A stretch of 64,000 nt of DNA from Octopus sinensis (taxonomy: Eukaryota), in NCBI RefSeq assembly GCF_006345805.1, contig NC_043000.1, positions 49,910,001-49,974,000 on the forward strand, given 5' to 3'. Below, in pieces: positions 14,479 to 27,959 of the stretch. The first letter of the stretch is position 1; each line of letters opens with the position of its first letter. Under the pieces are notes generated by a model. The model did no database searches and was not told where the DNA came from. It was given only the letters and a program-made list of their open reading frames with translations. The translations under genes were made by a program, and so were the position numbers.

Positions 14479-14602
14479 TTTTGGAAATCTTTCAGGGCCT
14501 TCCTCTTGACAGCTTTACAGGGCACTGCCCTCACTTCCAACACCACCACCATCATTGATGTGAGGCCCCACTTACTGGATTGACTGACTAGTAGTATTCG
14601 AT
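14479..14602. repeat. 124-bp segment, copy 1 of a local duplication
   Basis: Ungapped match to 16214-16337 with 12 mismatches by manual alignment. Confidence 0.9.
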
Positions 14603-16213
14603 CCTAAGTCCATTTCAGAATCATCACTTCCATTCAAAATGTGGACTCGTGTAGGCCTGATTCACCATATAGGCAAACAGGTACCTGGCTTACATGCATG
14701 CATTACCTCTTCACCAGGTTTCATCATTGATTTTCAGCAATATCCTATAGTTGGCTCTCTCAATAGTCGCCTGGATCTCTTTCATAGTGACATTTGATTG
14801 ATGACGATCAATACCACCTGATAGTTGTCTCATTCCAATAAAATTTCCACATTCAAGTTCTACAGAATAGTGTACTGCATTACATAAATAATTGATATGA
14901 TTGTTACAAAAATCCACTTGTTGGATCAAGCTTAATATTAACCAACAACATGAATAATAAGCAAGATAAGATGAATATGGAGATTTGGGTAAAAATGATT
15001 TTCAAGACTGTCAGAAAATTATAATGTTCATTGTGGAATAGTAAAAGAAACTTTCTAGATGGAATAATAGATGGCACAGGTGTATATATATATGAAAGGG
15101 GAATATAAGCTGAGGACACTTTTTCACTTTGTGTATAACATACTCATCATTTAACACCAGCACATCTAAAGACAGAACTTCAAGAATGCACCAATAGCTT
15201 AAATAATATTCATTTTATTGTTTAGCTGTGATGACAAACAGAACAGAAAATATCTATGAAATCTCACAGTGCCAAGTTATTAATGAAGTATGTTATAGAG
15301 GTGTCTACAGCCATACTTGTCGTAAACTACACAATTCCCTAATGAATTCCAAAGTAAGTTAAAAAGATATGCATATACTATTTCCATTATCCAAGATAAA
15401 TACTCCATAATTTGATGATAGGCAATTTAAGAAACCTGTCAGAATGAGAAGAGTTTTCAATCAGCAGATCACAGGATTCTATAATATGATACACAGCAAC
15501 AAAAGATAGAAAGTCTACTCATAGGATGTTTAACAATGATGAGTTTGATGCATCTGTGAATATTGATGGATATTAGAATCATAAATATTCAATAGAAAAT
15601 CTTTGTTCTGTATACTGGGGAATACATTTCCTTCAAAGTATAAAAAGAAGCCAAATATAACTATTGACCTCAATGTGAATATACTCTTCTTATATTTATA
15701 CTGTTTTTGAACTCAGTGTGAATATACTCTTCTGATAAATATTCTTATAAATGTTTTTGACTCGTATGACTTGATTATAATATGCTCTCAACAGCTTGAA
15801 AATAATACGGTCACTAATACTGTATGTGTCTTTGGTTTTAAATTATGTACAATGTGTCCCTCTGCATGTTGTAAGATATGCCTAAAGACGTTGGCCATAG
15901 AAAATGCATAAGGCCAGATATCATTACCTTAAAAAATAACCAATCCAATTCATATCAGCACAGAAAAATAGAAGTAAAATACCGCTGTTGTTGCTGAGGA
16001 TGATGATGATGATGATGAATACACAGAGTCTTGATCAAAGACTTTCCAGTAATGACCATCCCTTGTTTTAGTTCAATGTGTCCAGGAGTAGAAAATGAAA
16101 TACTCTACTGTCAGTACCCGACATGTACAAAACAAGAACAGCAAATTCAAATGTATCAACTTATGTTGTCTAGCTCCAGATCAAACCAGATCAAGAAACC
16201 AATGGTTTCCACA

Positions 16214-16337
16214 TTTTGGAAATCTTTCAGAGCCTTCTTCTTGATGGCTTTACAGAACATTGCCCTCACTGCCACTACCACCACCATCACTGATGTGAGG
16301 CCCCACTTATTGGATTGACTGACTAGTAGTATTCGAT
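16214..16337. repeat. 124-bp segment, copy 2 of a local duplication
   Basis: Ungapped match to 14479-14602 in the same orientation. Confidence 0.9.
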
Positions 16338-18337
16338 TTTAACCTACGGTTAAAAACATTTCAGATATAACCATTACTATAACCATGATTTATTTTCTTT
16401 CAGGAATTTTTTTATTGTATTACCTACTATGTAATTCCCCATTCTTAATCTGCTGCAGTGACATTTGAGAGAGATTTGGCTGTTATTTGCAGCAGATCAA
16501 ACAACTGTGTAAATGCTCAGAAATTGGCTCAAGTGCATCAGCTGTTTGTTAATATATGTGATTACATTATTGTGCTCTGCAGTAAGACACCTGTTCCTAT
16601 CTTTCTATCATACTTTAACCTCTCGTCATTTGGCATAAAGCCACCTTCCTTAGTATTACTCCTCCTCTCAGTTGAATGATCCTTGTCTTGCAAGCAAAAA
16701 GGTGACTGTGACAGTACTAGTGCCACATAAAAATGCAACCAGTACAGTATGTAATGCGGTTGGCATTAAGAAGAGCACCTGGACATAGAAACCGTGGTAA
16801 ATAGTAGAGCTTGGCACAGTCCTGTGGCTTGGTTTCTCCTGTCAAACCATCCAACCCATGCCAGAATGGAAAACAAGTGGCAGTGAGGAGGGTGAGGATG
16901 AGAAGGAAAAGGAGAAGGATAATGATGATGACGACGACTACTTTGGATGGTTTTCTTTTAAACAGATATTTTCAGTCATTACCTAACAAGATAGTATGAA
17001 AACTAAAGTTGACATCTAACAAAGAAAGAAAAAAAAAAGAACAAGTTAATCATCAGAAGAAGGGAAGGAGTGTCCATCGTTTTTTGTAGACTCTCCATCG
17101 TTGGAGAGAGAGAGATCGATGCTACACTGGTGTCCACTTTGAACATTTATAGATAGATCAAAGTCTGCAAGCAAAAACATAGACTAAGAGGGGACTATAG
17201 GTCTAATGTAAATGCAGTAAAAATATATAGAATAGAGTAATGGATAGTTGCAAAGATGATATGAATGCTTCTGATGACTAAAGTATGTATAATGAAACAT
17301 TTGTTACAGAAAATAGAAGTGAGAAAGACTGTTAAAGAGAAAGCTTGCGGAATAAAATCAGCATTAGATGAAGCAATAATGTTGATAACATAGCAGGACG
17401 TGGGTGCCAAAGTCAATCAACTACATACATGAACAAGCCAAGCTTCAAAAGACTTAAAGCTTCTAAAAACCTAAAAGCAAATTTTTTATATATATATTAT
17501 ATTATATTATATTATATTATATTATATTATATATAGTTTCTATATTATAATGGCGCTGTTAATCAATTTCAATTTCACAACCCAAATGTTTTCACATTAT
17601 ATTTATTTTTATCATAATGTTTTAATCTGATGTAAAAATCAAATTTTTACATTCTGCTTATCAATCTCTCATCAAAACCACAGAATACTTTACAAGATAT
17701 AATGATAATATATCACACAATTAGAAACCTAAATATTATAACCTGTATATTATTACCAAACCAATGAATGAGCCATAACAGGGTTTCTCGACCTGCTAGA
17801 AATTACAACCAGATCTACTAAATCACATTTAACCATTTTAAGGAAGGAGATGTTGAACTGGAATAAGGGATGGTCACACCAGGAAAGCTTTTGATCATAG
17901 GTCTGTTTGAGCTGGAATAAACTTGGACTAAACAATAGCATTCTGTGTATTTATTATCATCATCACCATCATCAACAGCACTTTACATCTGGTTTTCTAT
18001 GCTGATATGGATTGGACTGGTTTTCTGAGGTGGTGGACCATGCCCCTATACCCCTATGTCCTTTTTGTTGCCACCCTTTTAGTCATCTATTATCACATGC
18101 AGACACAGTGTACGTAATCTAAAACCAGAGCACATACGATAATAATAATCATGTACTTTAACTTGTAACTATAGTATATTGATTTCAAATTTTGCCACAA
18201 GGCCAGCAATTTGAGGGAGGAGATCAGGTCAGTTACATTGACACCAGTGTTCAGCTGGTACTTATTTTATCGACCCCAGAAGGATGAAAGGCAAAGTCAG
18301 CCTCTATAGTATTTGAACTCAAAACATTAAGACAGAT

Positions 18338-18577
18338 AGGCATTGAACTGCCTTTATGCTGTCAATATACTGCTGTAACAAAGTGGTGAGCTGGCAGAAT
18401 CATCAGTCTGACAAGTAAAATGCTTTGTTGCATTTTCATCATCATCATCAAACGATGATGATGATGATGATGATGATGAAAATTCAACAAAGCATTTTAC
18501 CTGTCAGACTGATGATTCTGCCAGCTCACCACTTTGTTACAGCAGTATATTGACAGCATAAAGGCAGTTCAATGCCT
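18338..18577. repeat. Near-perfect inverted duplication centred on (CAT)n-AAAC-(GAT)n, interrupting a family B SINE
   Basis: About 100-bp unique arms differ at 2 positions. The SINE starting near 18180 breaks at GACAGAT and resumes in the right arm. Confidence 0.92.
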
Positions 18578-18798
18578 TTTGAAATTTTATTTAAATGACA
18601 TTCTGGAGGGTATTTCTCTTAAATCTATTGGTGAAAAATGGTCACATGCATGAAATATTGAAACATAACTCATAGTTTATGGGTTCAAATCTGTCAAGGG
18701 TACTTTGTTTCATTTATAAGAACAAACATTGCATTTTACATACTTTAGTTGACCTAGCTGTTTGAAATAGATTCCAGGTCTCCAGAGAAAGTTGTGTC

Positions 18799-18832
<34 letters not shown>

Positions 18833-21800
18833 CTCTCTCTCTCTCCACTTTCACTCAACTGAGGTAGCCTTCTAAGGCAAGACTCCTCTTTTGTCCCTCA
18901 CTACTACACACGACTTAGTTGAGGGCTCCTGCCTAGCAAGTTATTTGGTGACCTTACTGCTGTTTGTACCACATAAAAAGTACATCCAGTACACTCTATA
19001 AAGTGGTTGACATTAGGAAGGTCATTCTTCAAAAGAAACCATGCCATAGCAGACAGCAAGTTTTGATGCAGTCTTCTGACTTGCTAGTTCCTGTCCAGCC
19101 ATCCAAGACATGCCAGTACAGACAAAGGATGTTAAATAATGATGACCAATGATGACTTCCTTCTGGAACTAATTCAGCTTTCCTGTGCAGGCTTCCTACA
19201 TTGAAGCAAATGCTAGCAGAAAGCTAGTCAGCATTATTTTTGGCCAGAAATGCTATGTTATTTAGATTGTCTTTTATTTCCTTCATTTTCACACTTGAAT
19301 TCACTGTCAAAGGGAAAAATTTGATTCACCTAGATTTAAGCACTTGGCTTTATAGACTCCTTAAATCAATGAAAATATCAACTTAACCCAAGATGTAAGA
19401 GCATGTTGCTTAGCCCAAGGTCAGTTCTGATTCAGCAAACTATGATCAAAGACATGCCAGTCATTCCCACCCCATTTTCTATGTGCTATATCATGTTTTG
19501 TGAAGGTATGTGGTTGAATGGTGAGGGTGATGCATTCACATTTGCAAGTCCATGGTTTTAGTTTCTGGAATCAGGTGATGTGTTATGTTCTTGAGCAAAA
19601 CCCTTCATTTCACATGACATCAATCCACTCAGCTATAAATGAGTAAACCTGCAATGGGCTACCATTCCATTTAGGGGCCATGTTGTGATCTCAGTCACTT
19701 ATACACCATGAAAACCAGATAACCAGCCTTAAAACTCAAGACAGTACTCTGTTGCTACATCATACTTTGTGTCATTCCTTTTTTAAGGCAGGATGATGTA
19801 ATCAGATGAAGATGTGGTTGCATTTCTTGTAACCAATCAAGTAACTGAATAGAGACTTTGTCAGTGACTCAATGTAATTTCAGCTTCTTGTTGATATAAT
19901 TTCTTTCATTCCTGTGTTGGACAATTTCCGACTGAAGCTAATAGTCTGGAATAAAATGGAGTGTTCCAGGCTGATTCTTCCTTTGTGTTCAACATAAAGA
20001 TACCAAAATATTCAGTGGTAACCCTACAGCTAAATGTTATTTGACAATTTCATTTTCATCTAAGAATGCTAATGATGTCTTCGTTTAGATTTATATCATC
20101 CCTAATTAAACAGAACCATGATCAAAGGAATTCCAGTGATGATGATAGTCGTTTTCTCTCAGGCTGTATGTATCTAGGACTACATCATACAATGTAGTCT
20201 AAGATATACACTTCCTCTGTTCAACATGTTAAGTGAGTAACTTGATGGAAATTAGGCTGTTGTTTCTAGCAGTAACTCAAGCAAACATGTAAAAGCTTTC
20301 TCCTTTACTCAGGTTCAAGGATGTATCACAGTTGTGCTCTAAGAACTTTGTATCTTTTCTAATCATTAGCATAAAGTAATTTGGTTAAGAAATTAAGCCG
20401 TATGATTCCTTGTTAACCCTTTCGTGATTATATTTCTAATGAGCTGAATACCTAAGTATTTTAATTAATTTTCAATATAATGAAACTTCCATGCTATTGA
20501 CATAACCTCTGATACTCTGCACAAAGGTGTTGCACTTGGCGATGATGAGCAAATGAGGATATCCTTCATAGTCATCTGACCTGATAGAAATAGCAGCTAA
20601 GTTCCTCTCAAATCACTTTTTGACCCCTTTTGTTATCATATTTCTGTCTGCATATGTTGCTTTTGTTTCAATTAATTTTGAAGATAAAGAAGAATTTAGT
20701 AAAATATCTTTCTCATTATTAAGCTAGGGTCTGGGGCAAATTAGCATAAACTTTTGATGGAAGATGGAAGATAAAAGATAAAAAGTGAAAGATGGCCTTC
20801 CATACTACCACTCAGTGGTGGGAGCTGTTTAGTCTTTCAAGTTACTAGGACTGTGTTGAGTCACAAGTTCTAGTGCCATGAGAAAACCACCCAGTATACC
20901 ATGTAAAGTGGTTAGTGCTACAGAAAAACTGCCCAGTATACTGTATAGATAGGTTAGGGTAAGCATCTGAGCATAGAAATCATACCAAAGCAGACATTGG
21001 AGCCCAACACAGATCCTCCAGTTCAGCAGATCCTATAAGACCATCCAACCCATTCCAGCATGAAAACAGACATTAAAAGTTGATGATGATAGTGATAATA
21101 ATAACGATGATAATCTCCAACTCTACTAACTCAATGCCCTACTTCTTGAACAAGTATCATAGACGAAAAGGAAAAAAAAAATATATATACATTCATTTAT
21201 AAGATTAAATTGTGGCAATAAAACCAATGTATATTATTGGATACTAGCTTCATGGATAATTTCTGTCTAGACATGGAGACTTTGGAAATTTCAATAAGAA
21301 TTTTTGTATTTAATACTAAGCAATAGAAGAAAAATGACAATTGATTCTTTAGGGGTAATTTCACTATGCTGCCATTTAGCCTTTTAGCAGAATCACTTTA
21401 CAAATATATACAAACAACTTCTTTTATATATATGCATACATACATACATGTATGTATCTATACACACTTGCATATATATATTGGGAAGAGCCTTTTACAG
21501 TTGTATTTGCAAACATGACTATGTTCTAATTTAATTATTTTTATGAGTATTCTCTCAGATACTTATAGTTAATTTGAAACAACAAAGTTCCCAGCTTTAT
21601 CTAGGTTTCCAGTCTAATTCTGTCTCATCTTCAGAATGTGAAGTGGTTTTGACTTCTTCACAGCTCTTTTCTATAGTGGGTACCTTATATTTATACCAAT
21701 TTTACCACCAGAATTTAAACATTAGAGTATTATAGATCAAACATGGTCTACACAACATAAAACATAATAACCATATAAAAATATGCAAGGATGACAAAAG

Positions 21801-21975
21801 CAGTATGCTCATAATCACATACAGAGACAAATCAATGAGGTACTTAAATATATAAGCAGGTTTACAAAGATCCAAAGAGACAAACTCAATAACAAAAATT
21901 AATATAATTAAATCAGTGATAAACACCCAAATCAAATCACTGTACTTTCTCCACATCAAAAAAGAATTCATATAT

Positions 21976-22019
<44 letters not shown>

Positions 22020-22039
22020 ACACACACAAATCATCACTA

Positions 22040-22225
22040 TCATCTTCAGTGTTTAACGTCCACTTTCCATGCTAGCATGGGTTGGACAGTTTCACAGGGA
22101 GCTGGCTAGTAGGGAGCTATCCAGACTCCATCTGTCTGTGGTGGCATTGTTTCTATAGCTGGATACCCTTCCTAATGCCAACCACTTAGGAGAGAGTATT
22201 GGGTGCTTTTTACATGCCACTGTCA
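22040..22225 (-). mobile_element. RTE 3'-tail fragment
   Basis: TTTAACGTCCACTTTCCATGCTAGCATGGGTTGGACAG matches 9540-9720. Confidence 0.75.
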
Positions 22226-22609
22226 CACACACATATATTGTACTATAAACAAAACACCCCTGCCAAACTTTGTGTGTGAGTGTGTGTGTGTGTGCATGCG
22301 TGCGTGTGGTGCAATAAAAATACACAAACAAAACAATTCCCTTCTGACCTATAAATCCTGAATGTATGTAACCCACATATAAAATCACCCCCAAATATAT
22401 ATGAAATTAGATGAAATTATCACAAAATATATACAAGAGAATTATAGTATCAGATCATCCAAAGAATCACAAAATGTTGTACAACAAACTAATGAAATTG
22501 GTACCCAGATGTGGAAAATCTTTTCACTAACATTCCAGTTGTGGAAACAATAGAAATTATATAAAATAATCTCTTTCTCTATGTGTGTGTGTGGTGTGTG
22601 TGTGTGTGT

Positions 22610-22648
<39 letters not shown>

Positions 22649-24158
22649 GTATAACATCCAAAAATAGATTTTCCCATAGTACCTGCAAAATTATTAAAAT
22701 GCTATTACTCTTTTACTGCCAAATCTACTCACAAGATTTTGGTCAGCCAAGGACTTGAGCAAAAGATACTTGCCCACTAGGACTGAACCTGAAAACATGT
22801 GGTTAGGCGGCAAACTTCTTATTCTCAGAGCTATGCTTGCATTGTATGTGTTTATATATATATATATATATAATCAAAATAAGCAACAGGATATCAAGTA
22901 GTGATGCAGTACAACTGTTTCAAGTGGCTCCATTTAATTGAACAATGCAATCATTACATCAATTTAAATGCAGTGCCACCTTCAGCTGCACAAAAAAATA
23001 AATGGAATTTTAACAAGTAGGATATAGTAATATAATTTTTCTCAAATATTTTAATAGAGCAAGAAGATGGAAGTAATTCATGTTGCCGCTATTGTAGCTA
23101 AGAATAGATTACACTTCTAAAAATCACATGGAGCACAGCGGGGTCATAGTGTTGTAAAGAATTGTAATTCATTTTTAATTCATTTATCTCTATATCAACT
23201 ATTAAATCTAAGACTAGAAGACAGTGCCTATTTTGAATAAAGGACAAGAGTGAGTTGACAGCTCATGGCTAGGTATGGTCATAAATATTATCATATGTAT
23301 CACTTTTCCCCAAGGGAGGAAGTAAGACATTAGGAGTAGTCAGTTGGATATAAGTAACTGTCTATAAAAAGAGTCAAGTTAGGGGTAGTCTTTAAATCAT
23401 GATGTTAATTAACAGTTAAAGGGGCAAGACACTAAGAAACCTAAGATATGAATACAGAGGAAATTTTATTTAGGGGCCCTGTGAGTGATTGTTTATAAAC
23501 AATATTGTTATGTTGTATAAAAATAAGATTTAAGAATTTCAAAAATGATATCATAACCAAAATAGGTGAAAAAGTGTGTATATATCAATTATAAACATTA
23601 AAAAGGAAAGATTACATAGAATCAATTTAATATTCAGTCATGTACTTAATTAATTACGTATTAGGTGTTTTCTATAAATACTGCTCAGAGCATTTACTTA
23701 TGGAATAACTGGAAAGATATACATGGTATCTATTAATTTTAAACTATGAATCAGAAAAATGTAAAGATGCATACAATTTATAAGGGATAAGAGGTAAGGA
23801 TATCAAAATATGAAAACAAAATAATAAGAATTTATATAAAATAATAAGAAATACATATAACCTACATATAAAGAGACAGGGGATTAAAATTAGATGTATG
23901 GAAGAGATAAAGGTAACCCAATAAGAGGGGGTAATTGGTATGGAAGCAGAGAGGGCAGTAAAAGGTATTTAGACTGAAGAGATTTTATAAGTTGTAATGT
24001 TATAGGTGCTGTTATATGTATGATTTTATAGTTTCTAGGGGGTATCTGTTGCTTATTTTGATTTTATTCACCTTACTTCGAGCTGTGTAGATAATACCAG
24101 ACTGACTTGGTGCTTCAGCTTAGGTACCTAATTCAACTAAATCTCAATTATTTCCTAT

Positions 24159-24159
<1 letters not shown>

Positions 24160-24190
<31 letters not shown>

Positions 24191-24358
24191 TTAACGTCCG
24201 CTTTCCACACTAGCATGGGTTGGACGGTCAACTGGGGTCTGTGAAGCCAGAAGGCTGCTTCGGGCCCAGTCTGATCTGGCAGTGTTTCTATAGCTGGATG
24301 CCCTTCCTAACACCAACCACTCCGTGAGTGTATTGGGTGCTTTTTACGTGCCAGACGG
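24160..24358 (-). mobile_element. RTE 3'-tail fragment with (GAT)n tail
   Basis: (CAT)n-TTAACGTCCGCTTTCCACACTAGCATGGGTTGGACGG matches the same family. Confidence 0.8.
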
Positions 24359-24409
24359 ATATATATATATATATATTATATATATATATACATACATACA
24401 TACATACAT

Positions 24410-24459
<50 letters not shown>

Positions 24460-24478
24460 ATGTATGTATGTATGTATG

Positions 24479-24510
<32 letters not shown>

Positions 24511-24693
24511 GTTTGTTTTTAAGTTATAAAAAGTTAACATTAATCTGATGGGTTACTCTATACTTTTGTAGAGTACAAATTTATTATCCCTACACTAGAA
24601 TATAGTCGACAGTGACTTCGAAGTTTTGACCACAGTATTGGACTGTGATTCATTAAGAGTTATATGTATGTATGTATGTAGATTGTACATACG

Positions 24694-24757
<64 letters not shown>

Positions 24758-26014
24758 GAGAGAGAGAGAGAGAAGAAGACACTTGCCCAAGGTGCCACAC
24801 AGTGGGACTGAACCCAGAAACATGTGGTTAGGAAGCAAGCTTCTTACCACACAGCCACTCACATGCTGCTCCTTCACCTATCCACACTACCACTTCTGCA
24901 CCTATATATATGTACACACACACACACCCATACATATATATGTAAATCAGACATCCAATACAGAATGAATATGAATGGTAAAGCAAGATCTAAATCTCTA
25001 GTGCTGTGTTAAAGATATAAAACTTAATTATGATATTAGAAAAAAATAGTGGCTTAGAGAAAGAGAAGAAGGGTAGAGAGAAGGAGGAGAAAGAGAAAGC
25101 TAGCACGTGTATGTATGTGTGGGAGTATATGGAAACTCATGACAGAGTGTATGTACTGGTTACAGTTCAAAAGGAAAAAAATATTCAATTTATACTACTG
25201 GCAATAAATTAATGAGGCTAATGTCAAAGAAAAATAAATAAATCATATTTTTTCATTCTTGTTATATATTTTGTTTTTGTTTTGTTTTGTTTTGCTTTGA
25301 TTTTTTGATTTTTTATATTTACATTTTTGACCAAACCTTCAGTTGATCTCATTTTGGAGCAATTAACTTGCAGAAAGATGTGATTAAAACAATTTTATAG
25401 AATACACAATTATTAGTATATTAAAGACATAATTAACTATTTTTTTTTTTAATTTTGGAAACATGAAACTAAAAAAAAGGAAAAATTAATATTATCAAAT
25501 ATTTTTATAGTACTGAAAAAAAAAACAACAAATGCCAATGAAGGTTTCTTCAGTAGTCAAATGATTTGCTAGAAAAAGCAGCCAAAGTAAAAAAGGATAT
25601 ATTGACAGATGTGGTCCTAGAGAGTGTATGTATAACCCTATAATACAATATAATATAATATAATATATATATATATATGAGTGTTAAGACTGATCCTTCA
25701 AGTGGTGTAAAGCACTCATGGTAGTGCCGCATAAAAGCACCCATGAAGCATCATGTAAAAATACCTGTGCAGTGCCATGTAAAAGTACCTGTGTGATACC
25801 ATGTAAAAGCACCTGGCACACAATGTAAAGTTGTAGGCACTAGGAAGGTCATCCAGCCATAGAAACCATACCAATTCAGACTGGAGACTAGTGCAGCTCC
25901 CTAGCTTGCCAGCATGGATGAGAGACATTAAATGAGCATGAGAATGATGATGATAATTTATACATATATATATATACATAAATATATATATATATATATA
26001 TATTTACACATATA

Positions 26015-26298
26015 TGCATAAATGTGAAACTAGATGGCAAAAATATTACTTAAATAACAGAGGTAGAATAATATGCTTTATTGAAAAGCAGCAAAAATAT
26101 ATCACAAAAACTGTTACTCAGAGTTTCATGTTCCCGTTCATCAGATAGCTTTGTTTAGAATGGAATAGAAATAAGGTTATAAGCAAATTGCTTATAACCT
26201 TATTTCTATTCCATTCTAAACAAAACTGTCCAGCGAATGGGAACATGAAACTCTGAGTAACAGTATTTGTGATATACTTTTGCTGCTTTTCAATAAAG
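26015..26298 (-). mobile_element. PLE pseudo-LTR fold-back element (family H1)
   Basis: Palindrome 26076-26298 centred at 26187, flanked by (TA)n and homologous to 31901-32072 and 36188-36388. Confidence 0.75.
26107..26152 (-). ncRNA. Minimal type I hammerhead ribozyme motif, intact core with two stem mismatches
   Basis: AAAGCTAT-CTGATGA-ACG/GGAA/CAT-GAAA-CTCTGAG-TA-ACAGTTTT gives stem I, the CUGAUGA core, stem II, GAAA, a near-palindromic stem III and a GUA cleavage triplet. Confidence 0.65.
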
Positions 26299-26300
26299 TT

Positions 26301-26381
<81 letters not shown>

Positions 26382-27329
26382 TGTGTGTGTAGGTCATTCT
26401 CAATGTATGAGCACTGTTGGGTGGTGTCTTCTACTATAGTGGCAAGTTGGACAATATCTTGTGTGTGAAATTTTGGGGATGGAGCTGAGAAGAACCCACT
26501 CTGTGTGTGTGTGTGTGTGAGTGTGTGCCTGAGTGAGTGAGTGTGTATTCTCTTTGTCTTGAAGTGCACTGTTAACATATATCACCATTCATACAAATAG
26601 TAAGGTGGCAAGCTGGCAGAACCATTACCGCACTGGAGAAAATGCTTAGCGCCATTTCTTCCAGCTTTGCATTCTGAGTTCAAATACCACCACAGTCGAT
26701 AAAATGAGTACCAGTTGAGCGCAGGCCCCATTGTAATTGATTTGCATGCTTCCCCGCAATGGCTGGCTTTGTCCCAAAATTTGAAACCATTCATACAAAC
26801 TGTATTATTGGTTTACAGTCCTCTGTAAAAGCATTTCAGATTTATTTGGTATTCAAGAGGCTACCGAAACTATTGCCTTGCTTAGAAGCTGATGAAGGTT
26901 GGCAAAAAGAAAAGCATCAGGCCTCAGAAAATCCTGACTCAACAAAATTTCATCTCACACATGCAAGCACACAGAAGTAGTCAATGACAATGAGGAGAAG
27001 GATGACGGTGACAACAATGGCGATAATATTCAAAACATTCATAAAAGCCTGTTAGCTCAGTTGATTAATCAGTGTTTCATAATAATATCCAGCACTGAAC
27101 CAAATAAACAGATGCCTTCTGAAGTGGACTGATATCAAAAGGGTTAAATGTCGATTTCCTTTGATTAGAATTAAGGCCAATTTATTAATAGCATACACTA
27201 ATATTTATACAGAGTCTATGTGCCACCAAATATGAAATATTAACTTCTTCCTTCGGCAAATGAATTTATATATTTCCCCGTATGTGCATATATATGTGTG
27301 TGTGTGCGTGTGTATGTATGTATGTTTGT

Positions 27330-27487
27330 ATGTATACATGTTTATATATATATATATATAGATATATATATATATATATATGTATGTATATGTATATGTG
27401 TGCTTGTATATATAAAATTGTATATATACATATATATATATATACATATATATATATTATATATATATATATATATATACACATACA

Positions 27488-27519
<32 letters not shown>

Positions 27520-27578
27520 CATATATATATATATCTATATATATATACATATTATATATATATATATATATATATAAC

Positions 27579-27616
<38 letters not shown>

Positions 27617-27625
27617 TACATATAT

Positions 27626-27675
<50 letters not shown>

Positions 27676-27684
27676 ATATATATA

Positions 27685-27715
<31 letters not shown>

Positions 27716-27721
27716 ATGTAT

Positions 27722-27754
<33 letters not shown>

Positions 27755-27764
27755 ATATATATAT

Positions 27765-27801
<37 letters not shown>

Positions 27802-27808
27802 GATGTAT

Positions 27809-27847
<39 letters not shown>

Positions 27848-27900
27848 GATGTATATACATACATACATATATATATAATTATATATACATATATATAGAC
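27330..27900. repeat. Long imperfect (TA)n microsatellite
   Basis: Direct reading. Confidence 0.95.
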
Positions 27901-27959
27901 ACACATACATACAAAAATGTATATATACATATATACACATATGAATACACATACATATT

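Noticed and set aside
16458-16679. 73-aa ORF (TFERDLAVICSR...)
   Set aside because: Its start is the reverse complement of the same interspersed repeat.
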